Shown here piece by piece: positions 50,762-62,376 of a stretch of DNA of 64,000 nucleotides (within the stretch, counting starts at the first letter, position 1; each line of letters begins with the position of its first letter). This stretch comes from Dendrobates tinctorius (Eukaryota), in contig NW_027361739.1 in NCBI RefSeq assembly GCF_039654945.1, forward strand, positions 2,232,001-2,296,000. Reading direction: 5' to 3'. The position numbers and the translations under genes were made by a program. The notes under the pieces are model-generated. The model was not told the DNA's origin. It was given only the letters and a program-made list of their open reading frames with translations, and made no database searches.

Positions 50762-53464
50762 TATAAACAGCGCTCACATGTCAAAGGACAGATGCAATGT
50801 AAAGCAAAGGGTAAAAACATAGCAGTAGTTTAAGACTCTCTCAGCCTCCCAAACCAACAAGGCAGCTGAAGTGCTAACATAGATCCTAGACTTTTCCTAA
50901 TGGAGCACAGAAAAAAAGTCAAAAATCCAACATAGAGCAAACGAGAATGACCAAATAATGACGATTAGCCCATTAAACCTCAATAGTTTTGATAAAATTA
51001 CAGGATAACCAGGTCTACCATGATACATTTTGGCAAGAGTGATGCAAGTACTATTGTGCCCAGATGAGTGCTTTATCGCTCTCAGCCTGGCATTGTGCAC
51101 GATCCCACTCAGTGTAAAGTCAATGCAATTAATTAGAAAGGCTTCTGGCCGTGGTCGTTATTGCGTTAAACCCCACTATCCTAAAATAATTACATTTATG
51201 CACAGAAAAGGTTTCTTCCGATCAGTTTAACGCATTAAATAAGCTCCCATTCATTCATTTATAAAAAGCATTTCTCCTCATTAATAGAGGCCTAATGTGA
51301 TCTCCAGCAGGGCATGAAAAAGATTCGGGAAAAATAAGAACTAATTGGTGTGCAAACAGCTGTATATATGAACCCTGAGCGGGTACATTGCATAACCTCG
51401 TCTCATCATGCAGGCGGAATTATGGGAAATGCCCGTGGGCAGCAGAAGGGAAGCACAGGGCATGAAATCGCGCGCCAACTCTCACACACACACACATAGC
51501 CAACTGGTAGGACTAATCAGATCTTCTTAGTAACCCACATGGCACCTGAGGGGAAGCAAACAGCAGTCGAAAAAAAAAAAAAAAAACCTTCTGCTTTGCT
51601 AAAAAAATATTATAATTGACCATCGCAAAGATCCCAAAGGGGACGGAGAATGAAGCAAAAATAGGACGGAGTCTTGTGACTTCTAGAAGAAAGCAGGGAG
51701 ACCTCGGCATGAAGAAGTAGCTTGTGTCTATAGTATAAAGGTACTGCCACTCGCACCGCAACGGCTGCAGATTTTTCTTTAGTGGAATAAAGCACCAGCT
51801 GTGGAAATGTTCCACACAGAGACTTACCTGCAGTGCGAAACTTTCACAAGATCAATTCTTCTCACTGATTTGTTATGGATTCTCCCCAATTAAAGGAATC
51901 GGACACCAGATTTTTGCAGCAAAATGTAGGGTCACAGACCTCAATTCCAGCGATGTGTCATTTTCTAAGCTTAGGCTGCTTGAGAGCTCACGAATATGGA
52001 GAACTACATGGTAGCGGTTTACTAATCATGTATTGATAATCTCCTGCTGATAAAACAGTGATTATATCAACGGTCATTGTCTTTACATTATGCTGCTCTC
52101 AAAGTAGGTGGCAAAAGTCTGGATCAAGAATCCCTTTAACAGATGATGTTGGAAGAGAGAATGACCAGGCCTTTTGAGCTTCAATGGCCAATCCTTGTGT
52201 TATCCGGGAGAAAAGAGAAAAAAAAGGACTCGATCTACTATAAACACACAAGAATGCTTAGATGAGCCAAGTTCTTCTATGCAATGGAATCGAGAGACAT
52301 TGCTGTTGGCAGAAAGCTGTATACTTTTTTGGCAGCCTAAAGACCCCCCCCCCCCCGGTCTGTCAAAACTGCAGATATAGATGGGTTTGGCTGCCAGTCT
52401 AATATGTATGAGGGCCCCTCAACTCTCCCCCCAACAGATGTCTGGTGGTAGAAGGATCCAGTATGTCTCATTTTGGACGACTGATCCCTTTGTTCGCTAA
52501 GGGATAAGCCGCCATCAGAATAGAATGCTAATGGCTCACTTACCGAGAAAGCAGGGGCCATCGGCCAGCTTAAGCAATGATTCAGTCAAAATCTATCTAA
52601 ATTGTATGGGTGGTTAAGTCTAGGTCCTCGTCTTTAAACAGGTCATGTGAACATAACCGAAAGTGTGTGGCCAGTATAGAGATGAGGAACTGGACTTAAC
52701 CCCCCCCCCCATATTTTTGACCGAAAAAATTGTTTGGCCAACAGCCATCTCCGATACACCGGAACGCTTCGGCTGGCCGATTGCTCCTGCGTTCTCTGTA
52801 AGTGAGCTGTTGGACTATTCAAACAGCGGCTTATCTCGTAGAGAACAAAGGGATCGGATGTCCAAAATCAGACATACTGGATCCTTCTACTCCCGGACAA
52901 CCTCTGTCGAGGAAGAGTCGGGGGTCCTCAGACTGTCAGCCGAACCCACTGATATCTGTAGGCTTGGCCCACGGAGGTCTTTAGTGTTCATATAGATTAT
53001 CATGAACTTTTTTGGAAGCCTAATTAGTGGTATTAGTAAAAAGAAATAATACTAATAATTCTGCTTGCCTAATCTGTTTTTAGCTAATGCTTTATATTAG
53101 GACTGAGCAATCATTCAGTTTACACTCACACACAGGCAGGGGCATACTAAGAAAAGAGACAAAGTATTTCGGTAGATTTCACGTATTTTGAAATACTTCC
53201 TAAATAAATTGTTGGAAATCCTCACACAAACATTTCATGAGCAGCTTACGGTCTTCATGCAGTATGACTGTGGAAAAGTCAGCATCACGGACATAAAACA
53301 GACTATAAAAAGACCAGGCCAACAATACTGTACGTGCGAAACATTCCTAAGCACATAACAGTCATGGATCATGAGAAGGGACCTGGACAGAGCTCAACGA
53401 ACCCCCCCCCTATAAGAGCCAACTCCTACAAGGTCTTCTTTCCGAGCTACACTCCTTAGTCTTT

Positions 53465-53790
53465 ATTATATTAAGAAATTTACATTGCACCAATAATTTC
53501 CACAGCATTGTACAGAGAAAACATTGATTTCATTTCTTTGCCCCCGAGGAGCCCGTAATCTAATTTTCCTACCTGAAGCGTAGAAGTGTACACAAGGCCA
53601 AGGGTCAATTTCATACTAAGTCAATTAAGTAGTGTGGGAATTTGCATGTCAATGTTTGAGAGTGTTCTGAGGGAGGGGCTGAGATACCCAGAGGGATTGG
53701 GGGGGAGAACATAAAAATTCCATGCGGACATCTCCATGGCTGGATTCACACCCAGTGCTGAAGGCAATAGTACAAGCCCCTGCTGGACTG
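53465..53790 (-). mobile_element. Decayed tRNA-derived V-SINE-like element with L2-type tail
   Basis: ggagaacataaaaattccatgcggac...ggattcacacccag..tgctgaaggcaatagt resembles the reverse complement of a V-SINE head/core; tail tttacattgcaccaataatttccacagcattgtaca. Confidence 0.5.
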
Positions 53791-54318
53791 CATTATATCT
53801 GGTACGTGAGACGCCAAGGTATTGTCGACCCAAGAAGTAACTGACATGGAAAATCTATAATCACGTATGAAGGAATCCTAGGATGCGGCATATCTAGTTA
53901 ATCACACACAGGTGTTCTACTGCAACCGAAAGAGTGTCATCAGAAAACGAGCCATTCTTTATATCCGAGTTTTATGTTAATTTTTTTTTTTCATATCATC
54001 AGCTTTCTTATGAAAAAAATAATTCTGCAATGCTCACCCTGGCCACTGGGGCTATTTTACCCTCATGTTTTGTCCTTTCAGGAAGAGTTTTCAGCAGACT
54101 CATTATCAGCAGAGGCGGGATTACAATGACAGGTAACACCTCTATAAAGAGCCCATAACTCAAGATCCACCAATCAAACAGGCGATGCAATGTCACAGTC
54201 CCCCCCCCTTCCCTTCACAACTACCTTTGCACTCACTGATTAGATGCTTCAATACAAAAGATAGGGCTGTTCATTGCTGGTAATGTGCATGTGGACTTCC
54301 TGAAACAATGGGAAGTTA

Positions 54319-54670
54319 AGGGCTTGTGCACACTTTGCAGATTTGGTGCATTTTTGGGGCGCTTTTGCCATGCACATTTACTAGCAAAACCTGAAGCAAT
54401 CCTGATAACAGCAAAGTGAATGCGAAACCTGAAGCGTCATGCAAACATTGAGTATTTTGGACTTGCAGATGTGGTGCAGAAAATAATCTGCAGCATGTCA
54501 ATTCTCGGTGTATTTTTTTTTTTACTATTGACCTCACTCAAATCAGTCAAAAAACACAGCACAAAAACACATAAAAAAGTGCGTTTCTGCAGCTGTGCGT
54601 TCCTCCTAAGAGATGCAGAAATGGTGCAAAAATTTCTGCATCCATTTACTCAACGTGTGCACACAGACTT
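54319..54670. mobile_element. Harbinger-type MITE
   Basis: Ends agggcttgtgcacac / gtgtgcacacagact; a related partial copy lies at ~2363-2620. Confidence 0.6.
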
Positions 54671-55043
54671 TAAATAGGCCCTAGTGACCAGTGTGAAAAT
54701 TGCATGATCTCTGTTTTTTTGCCTTTAATACAGATTCTGACAAAGAGAAATAAACCTAAAATTATAAAAAATAATCAGAAGTTAATTTTCTGCTGACAGA
54801 TTATTTTAAGGCCCACATATACATTTAACTAAATATCAACAAGCAGTCTAATGCATATGGTGGCCTGACGACTCTCCAGACAGATGATTTCCGGGAACAG
54901 AACATCTGGCATGTTCAATTTCAATGTCTGATCCTTTGTTCTCCAGAAGATAAGATTCCACCAGAGGAGTCTATCGGGGGCTTTCTTGTAGAAAACACAG
55001 AAGCGCTTGGCGGAGTCAAGCATTCTTGTGTATGGAAAAGGAA

Positions 55044-55047
<4 letters not shown>

Positions 55048-55092
<45 letters not shown>
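55048..55092. repeat. (TA)n microsatellite abutting a PLE 3' end
   Basis: Direct reading. Confidence 0.95.
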
Positions 55093-55095
<3 letters not shown>

Positions 55096-55801
55096 TTGTA
55101 CCGTGTTAGCCAGTAGATAGAAGAATATTTAGAATTGAGAGTCCTCAGTGGTTGATACCGTTTAATGGCTAACTGAAAAGATGGTAACACATTGCAAGCT
55201 TTCAAGACTACTCAGGTCTCTTCATCAGGCTAGACTAATACAAAATCTGAAGTCACATATTTATACACAAGACAGCACAGAAATAACGCAATAGATAAGA
55301 CAAGTGATGTGAAACAGAACTATCAATATGGGAGAGGGATAAACAGTTGCGGACATAAATATTGGAACAGTTCATAGCTAAGGAGTGTGAATGATTTATT
55401 GTCCTCTGATTGGGGTCTGGTTCTGTGTTGTGATGCCCCCACATAAATCCACGCAACACATTCATTCCTGCACTGAGTGTATCAAAGGTTGTCATAAGTT
55501 TATACTCCCAAATCCTTCTGTCTCTCTGCAATGTGAAGTCACCTTTCAATATGAGTCATTTCAGGTCCGTGATGCTGTGATCATTGATACAAAAATGTTA
55601 GGTCACAGGTAGATCTATTCTTTTTTTTTTTTTAATTGTGTGGCGATGACAATTCATCCTCGTTGTAAGCTTTTGCCCAGTCTCCCCCACATACAGACCC
55701 CCAGTTGAACATTTAGTACAAATAATTAAGTACACCACATTAGATGTGACGCAGCTAAAAGTACCTAGGATCTTGTAGTCCTGATGCGAGGGGCACTTAT
55801 G
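55093..55801 (-). mobile_element. Penelope-like (Neptune-type) element: GIY-YIG 3' part and pLTR
   Basis: GTFSCVTSNVVYLIICTKCSTGGLYVGETGQKLTTRMNCHRHTI and RRIWEYKLMTTFDTLSAGMN; same family as 42930-45790. Confidence 0.9.
55191..55237 (-). ncRNA. Minimal type I hammerhead ribozyme motif in a PLE LTR
   Basis: Minus strand reads tagc-CTGATGA-a-GAGAC-ctgagta-GTCTT-GAAA-GCTT-gcaat: both core boxes intact, 5-bp stem II, palindromic AAGCTT stem III. Confidence 0.7.
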
Positions 55802-56610
55802 ACCTTTGCCACACTCAGTGCAGAAATAAATGTATGCAAAGAGAAGAGGTCGCACTCATCAAGATGGAAATTTCACTGATTTATTGACATCATGAACATG
55901 TCAAGTCGGGGGAGTGACATAAGGAGTGCAAGAAAGGCTGACAACGGCCGTTTCGCGTTGAAGCGCTCGAGCAGCGCGAAACGGCCGTTGTCAGCCTTTC
56001 TTGCACTCCTTATGTCACTCCCCCGACTTGACATGTTCATGATATGTCAATAAATCAGTGAAATTTCCATCTCGATGAGTGCGACCTCTTCTCTTTGCAT
56101 GGATTCCCAGGATTGACTGTTTCCAGGTCTGGCACCCGAGATTCCCAGCTGCTGGGCTTCTGTATGCCGCACATCATTTGAAGTCACACGGTAACAGCGG
56201 TGCCGTCCGCTTTTTATCTTGAGTTTTGTGCAGAAATGAATGTGTCTCTTGGATATATGTCTTTCTACATCAACTAAGGAATGTGCTCCACAGACCTTGT
56301 GGGGGCATCCCAACACAGAACCAGACCCACTCAGTGGACAGTAAAACTTTCACACTCCTTATCTATGAACCGTTCCAATATTTACGACCACAACTGTTTA
56401 TCCATCTCCCATTATGATCGTTCTGCTTCACGTCACTTGTCTTATCTATTGCATTATTCCTGTGTCCTGTTGTTTATAAATATGTGATTCTTCAGATTTT
56501 GTATTATTGATGCTTGATGAAGAGACCTGAGTAGTCTCTAAAGCTTGCAATGTGTTACCATCTTTTCAGTTAGCCATTAAGAGGTAACAACCACTGAGGA
56601 CTCTCAAATC
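55802..56610 (+). mobile_element. Inverted second arm of the same PLE, interrupted by a second PLE-like insertion
   Basis: acctttgccacactcagtgcagaaat... resumes at 56228; 56300-56610 is the reverse complement of 55135-55440. Confidence 0.85.
55834..56227 (+). mobile_element. Short fold-back PLE-LTR insertion with 16-bp flanking duplication
   Basis: Arms 55834-55957 and 55975-56100 are near-perfect reverse complements. Contains gcgcGAAACggccgttg and AATAAA. Flanked by gtgcagaaat(a/g)aatgt at 55818-55833 and 56228-56243. Confidence 0.75.
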
Positions 56611-56907
56611 TATTATGCATGGGAAAGACAGGAGAGATGGCAGTCAGACAAACTATGGTTCGCTGAACATCTATCTAATGTGTTTGGAACCCTGTAGACT
56701 GAGGTAGCTGGAAAGAAAAGACTTCACCATAGTTTTTATCCAATTCCTAACAATACTAAACATTTAAGCTGGCCATACACTTGAGATGGCTGTTTGGCTG
56801 ACGGCCATCTCTCCCATGTTCTGATTCCAAGTTTCGGGGGGGAGGCTTTATACACATCAGTTGGTTGGCTGGTCTCACTTTCACCTAATGTGTACAGGGG
56901 CATTTAA

Positions 56908-57284
56908 GGCCTGTTTCACACTTAAGTTTTTTTACGTCGTTTTGCAAAAAAATGGATCCACCATTTTTTTTTTTTTGGCAGATCTGTTTTTTTTTTCCCA
57001 TTGACTTGCATTGCGGCGGATTTTGACGGATGGTCATCCATTTTTTGACGGATTCATCAAAATTGTGGCATCCGCTGTCTTGAGTGGACGGACCATGAAA
57101 CGTTTTTTGTGTGCGTCAAAAAAGCAGATAGCAAAAGAACTTCCTTTAAAGAATTTTAACCCCAAATTCCGTTCTGGCAGCAAACAAAATATCTCTCTCT
57201 CGTGGCAAAATGGAAACGGATCCGTTTTTTTCACATTCTGGCAGATTATGACTGACGTCAAAAAACTGAAGTGTGAAACAGGCC
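56908..57284. mobile_element. Harbinger-type MITE
   Basis: Perfect 16-bp TIR ggcctgtttcacactt; TAA TSD; same family as 43084-43625. Confidence 0.88.
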
Positions 57285-60200
57285 TAAGATGCCCATACAT
57301 ATTAGAGTCCAGCCTAGCATGTAATCTGTATGCTGTTTGTACCCATACGTTCTCTCAAATACCAGATGTCAGAAGAAAAAGAGTTAGTTTTTATCATGGT
57401 CAACTTTTTATCATGGGGAATTAGTGAGAGCCAGAGGTATCTGGTAGGAGCCAATTCCCCTCTGCATCAAGTACGCATGCATACCCAATTGGAAGGAAGC
57501 CAATGTTCATTATTTTTGTGCAATTTCATGTGTTGCCATATTAGAAGCATACAAGTCCCCTATTGTGAGGTCTGTATAGACACTAAATGGATTTTGAATC
57601 CTACCGTACTATAAAAATGAATAGGGGTATTGGGACAGGCTCTGGATGATTACTACCACCTCCAATCATTTTTGCAAAGGATCCTGCCTATCTAGTCTCC
57701 CGCAGTACAGACCAGAGCAGTCAGCCCCTATTCTAGCCTATTCTGACTGCCACTTACCAGTGGGAACACTGTGATATTCCTGAATTTGTATATGGACAGA
57801 AGCTCTTTTTAGATTCCTAAAACATTGTCAATTCACAACTGATCAGATAAATTGACGGATCATCTCCTGGACACAGTTCAGACCCATCAGAGCAGGGGAG
57901 CTTTTTCACACCCAAATCTGTAGAGCGGAGATGGCTGGCCCGTCATACATAGATTGTGGATTAATAACTGTAGCCTGTACCTGATCTGCGCAGGACCGCC
58001 TGGAACCCGTGCTCTAGAAATAACTTATTTTTAAATCATTAGAACAGAGATTCTGCATAATTACAGCCGCAGGGCCGTCGGCAGGATCGATAGCGCTGCG
58101 GGCAATAAAACAGTGAGGCGTCTTTGATTTCAAACTTCTGTTCAATCTCGTTACAACAAAGACTTTCACTTAATTAAAGGCCAGAAAACATCAATTTGTT
58201 TTAGGCAAAGACTGATTTGTCACCGAGGAGAAAACGAACACTGGATATATCAATTTGAATCTCCTGCTGAAAAGTGGCTCACATGTTCCAAAATGGAAGG
58301 AAAACCGAACAGTTCTTCTTGATAACCTTCAGATCTGCGGTTACAGCCCTAGCGGTCACTCAGGCTAGTTATGCATCACTCGTTCCCACATTACAGCACA
58401 TTCTTTACTGCCTTTTTTTTTCCAAAATCATATTTATTAAAATTTTACATAGTTAAACAGGTAAACAAATCAATTCCGCAAACAGTGCAGAGTAGATTAA
58501 TAGGGGGGGGTTTGGGGCTACCATGCTCCTACATCAACAAGCGCGGTAGCTTCTTTACTGCTTTTGTTGACCATCCTGCCTATCTAGTCTCCAGCAGTAC
58601 AGCACGGAACAATCAGTCCCTGTTCTCACCTATCTTACTAGTTTCTGCGTTACCACTTTTTACTTCGGTTGTCACAATTGTCTTACCATGCCTGCAGGAA
58701 CCTGGAGGTGGTCTCCTATCAAGTTGTCAGAAATTCTATTCTGTTTTTTGTGTCTCTATGCCTTCTTTGCTATTATTTTAGGGACAATGCCCTTTAAAAC
58801 CTTTGCAGACACCTCCATATCTATGTTTTCTAAGGTGAAGATTACTGCAGCACAGACACCCAACCTCCCCCGGATTCACACCAGTGTGTCACAAGAAACT
58901 AATTCCAAGTGTTTTCGCACATTCTCCCCCGTCCCTGAGACTTCTAATGAAGTGAGGAGGGGGTCTATAACTTCATCAGAACTACTTACCAGAACATTTC
59001 CACATCAGTTCTGCACCTGCAAACCCCATCCACAAAGTCAGACTTAGACCCCTACTGCATGCATTCATGGCTCTGTTCACACTACATGTGGCTTCATTGA
59101 AATAGAATGTGCTTTTCACATCTGAATTAAAAGGGGTAATCCAGCTTGAAAACAAATACAAATTATTATAAGTGCAGAAATTAGTATCTCTCTCGATTTC
59201 CCCATACACAGGAATGCTTGGCCTGGCTGGTGGCTCCAGTTATCAGACTCCACTGACCACTGATGGTGGCTTATCTCATGTAGAACACCAGGATCAAAGG
59301 TCCAAAAGCAGACGTACGGGTTCCTTCTCTTTCCCGACAGTCTGTGGCGGGTTCGGCTGAGGTTAGTCAAATACATATAGGGGCCTTAAGGCCGGTGCGA
59401 TGATTTAGCTGCACTCCGTTCAGTGCTGCTTATAACATTACGAGTCACGTACATAGAATATGTACCCATTATAGTATATGGGGTTATTCATATGTTCAAG
59501 ATTTCTTGTCAACTTTGTGTCTGCTAAAAAAAAAAAAAAATCACAGACATGTCAGTTTTTAATCTGCGTCATAAATAAAAATGACCCATACAGATACAGG
59601 ACAGTGACAATCACAGACAGCATTAGTGTGTGATTTGTATAGATGCTGGCCATGTTTAACACTATAAATGTATAGTAGCTGTGTCATTTATCTATTCATT
59701 TTCGCCTATCTAAAAATCATGGATGGTAAAAACTGACCAAACTCTGATTAAACTCAGACCCGAAACAATGATGAACATTCGATTTTTTTTATGTACGATA
59801 CAAATTATCTGAAGGAGGCCTAAAGCTAGCCCTGCACGAGACGGCTATCTGCCGAACAGTCCAGCAGGCCGCTTTCACTCCTTATTACGCAGGAGCACTC
59901 AATGGGGAGAGAGGTGAAAACCACTTCCAGACTGGTAGCAACTTATCTCCCATGAAAACAAAAGAATAAGATGTTGAAATTCCAACTTGCCGATCCTTCA
60001 CCCCTAAGCCACATCATATGTTGGGGGAGAACGGGCTGGCCTCCATACACATCAGATGGTTGGTCGGTCCCACTGAGATCATCAGATTCTGATATGTATA
60101 GTGGCTTTAGGATGGGTCCATCTGCTCCATCCAACTCCGAGTCACCGTTTTGCGGAAATGGAGAACAGACAGAAGTCCCCCATTCTAGCAAATTGTTGGG

Positions 60201-60486
60201 AGTTTCAGGGTGAGAACCCAGATGGATCTACTATTTAGTGAAAGTTCTTGATTTATGTAGACCAAAATACCAGGTTAAAGATATAGGCCCAAAGTCTGAA
60301 AGGAGGACTCTGATGACACAGACACCGATAACAGCACTGGGACATCATGGGACAAAAAAGTGTAATCATGATCTGACACCAAACTTAACATTGCACAAAC
60401 CATTGACATTGTCAAGTTATCTTAATCCTCTTATCCATCCAAGGTCGGATTGGCCACCTCTAGGACAATATTTGTTTAGTTGAACA

Positions 60487-60876
60487 TAAAGAGAGATTGT
60501 CCACTACTTTATCATTGATAAAGGATCCCTAGGATAGGTCATCAATGTCTGGTCGAAGTCCCACACCTGGCACACCAGTCGATCAGCCGATCCGTGTCGT
60601 CCAGACATGCTCAACTGCGGAGCTGCTCGATCCCCTGGTGGACATGCAATACCCGGCTGCCTCCTATTGACTTGAATAGGAGGTGGATGTGCAGTACCCG
60701 GCCGTGTCCACCATAAGCAGACGGAGCAACTCCACAATTGAGCATTTCCAGCCGCTGACGACACCGAGAACAGCTGATCGGCAGAGGTGCCAGGTGTCAT
60801 ACCCCAAACCAATCAGAATTGAGGACTTATCCTAAGTAAAGGTCATCAATGATAAAGTAGTGGACAACCTCTTTAA
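60487..60876. mobile_element. Kolobok/T2-type palindromic MITE
   Basis: ttgtccactactttatcattgat / atcaatgataaagtagtggacaa, ending cctctttaa; internal symmetry around a ctcctattgacttgaataggag hairpin. Confidence 0.82.
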
Positions 60877-61845
60877 ATATATGTATTTGGGGCTGAAAAT
60901 CATCTTTGCAATTAGATTTTGATACAAATTTTGCACTGTTCTGCTTTTACATGCTCTTTGTTTCCCTTCACATTCAACTTTGTTCTGTGGTCACAAATCA
61001 GGTAAGCTCAAAAAAGAGACCGTCATAGTGAGCTGACTGACAGATTCTCAGTTAACTCATTCTGCAGCCAGCATTAGAAGGCAAAGGGTGCAAAGTATTT
61101 AATGAAACTCAGATGAAAAAATTATTTTTAGCCCTAATTACATGCATTTAAGCAAAAAAGTCTGCGAAGGTTGAAAAGAAATCATCAGTGCAGCTACTGT
61201 ATGATCATTAGTCTCTCTCTCTCTGAGACATCAAAGGATCATAGCTTAGTATTAAACGTTGACATTAAAAATGTGAATCTATCACAAAACCAGGTTTGCT
61301 TATATACCCAGTAACTAAAAGCGAGATTGTATACTTAATACTTTTTTTATTGAAACAAAATTTCATTAAAAAAAAACAATTAAAAACAGAAAAGGTGCGA
61401 GTTAATGAAGGACACAAATTCTGAACAAGCATAAACATAGAAACTATGTAATTTGCAGAAACAGATCTAAAACAGGTAGTTACATTGGTAAGTAGGTACT
61501 TTCTAACCACATCTCAGAATTAATGAATCATAATCACTTAGTAAATATTTAGCATTTCATTATCCATTTTACTATTTGGAAACATTCCAGAATACAAGGA
61601 TTGAACAGTATTACTATACATTTATAAAAATAGTGGCATACAATTCATAGTCTCTGACAATGCAGGGTATACAATGCTAATTACATGAAAAAAAGAAACG
61701 ATGATGACCTTTATATAGAAGCCGTCTGAAATGCCTTTCATATATATGGTCAAATACCATTTAATGGGAGGTTCTAAAAGGAAGACCAGTCCTCAGTGTC
61801 AGTATAATAACATTGAATCATCCACTTATTGGTTGTGCTCATGAA

Positions 61846-62081
61846 TAGAGATGAGCAAATTTGTTCGGATTTTGTCCCCGAATCTGATTTTGACATTTTC
61901 GAGCCATATTCGAGCACTATTCGTGCCAAATGTTTCTTTTATCATCGGTTACGAACATATTCGGTAATTACTACTCCCATTGACTCTAATGACGTTCGAC
62001 AGTGTTCGATGAATATCGCAAAAACCATATTCGGTTCCGATCACATTTGGAACCGAATCTGAAAAAATTCACTAATCCCTA
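61846..62081. mobile_element. hAT-type MITE
   Basis: Ends tagagatgagc / actaatcccta; perfect 8-bp TSD CTCATGAA (61838-61845, 62082-62089). Confidence 0.8.
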
Positions 62082-62337
62082 CTCATGAATACAACAAATT
62101 GCTTATAGTATTCAAAGTGCATTGATGCAAACAATGAAAACGGTCAATGGACCTCGATTACCTGTCAAAGACAGCCATGGGGTAGTATAGTGGCAGAGCT
62201 GCATCCCTCTGCCCCTACGCGCGTTCCGTCCAGCTTCTTTGGGTGGGCTGTCAGGGCAGGGGAGCGTCATGCATTAAATATCATCTGTCCTATTGGCCCG
62301 CAACCATATTTCATGTGTGACACCCCTGCCCTGACAT

Positions 62338-62376
62338 ATCCCCCCGAAGAAGCTGTGCGAAACGTGCGTCTAGGCA
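62338..62376 (+). ncRNA. Minimal hammerhead-like motif, variant core CCGAAGA
   Basis: ccc-CCGAAGA-a-GC-tgt-GC-GAAAC-gtgc-GTC-tagg; a mirror copy on the minus strand at 62212-62247 reads ccaaagaagctggacggaacgcgcgtagggg. Confidence 0.55.

Noticed and set aside
51820-51900. Strong minus-strand donor CAG|gtaagt
   Set aside because: Upstream sequence looks like MITE debris, there is no acceptor, and two frames have stops.
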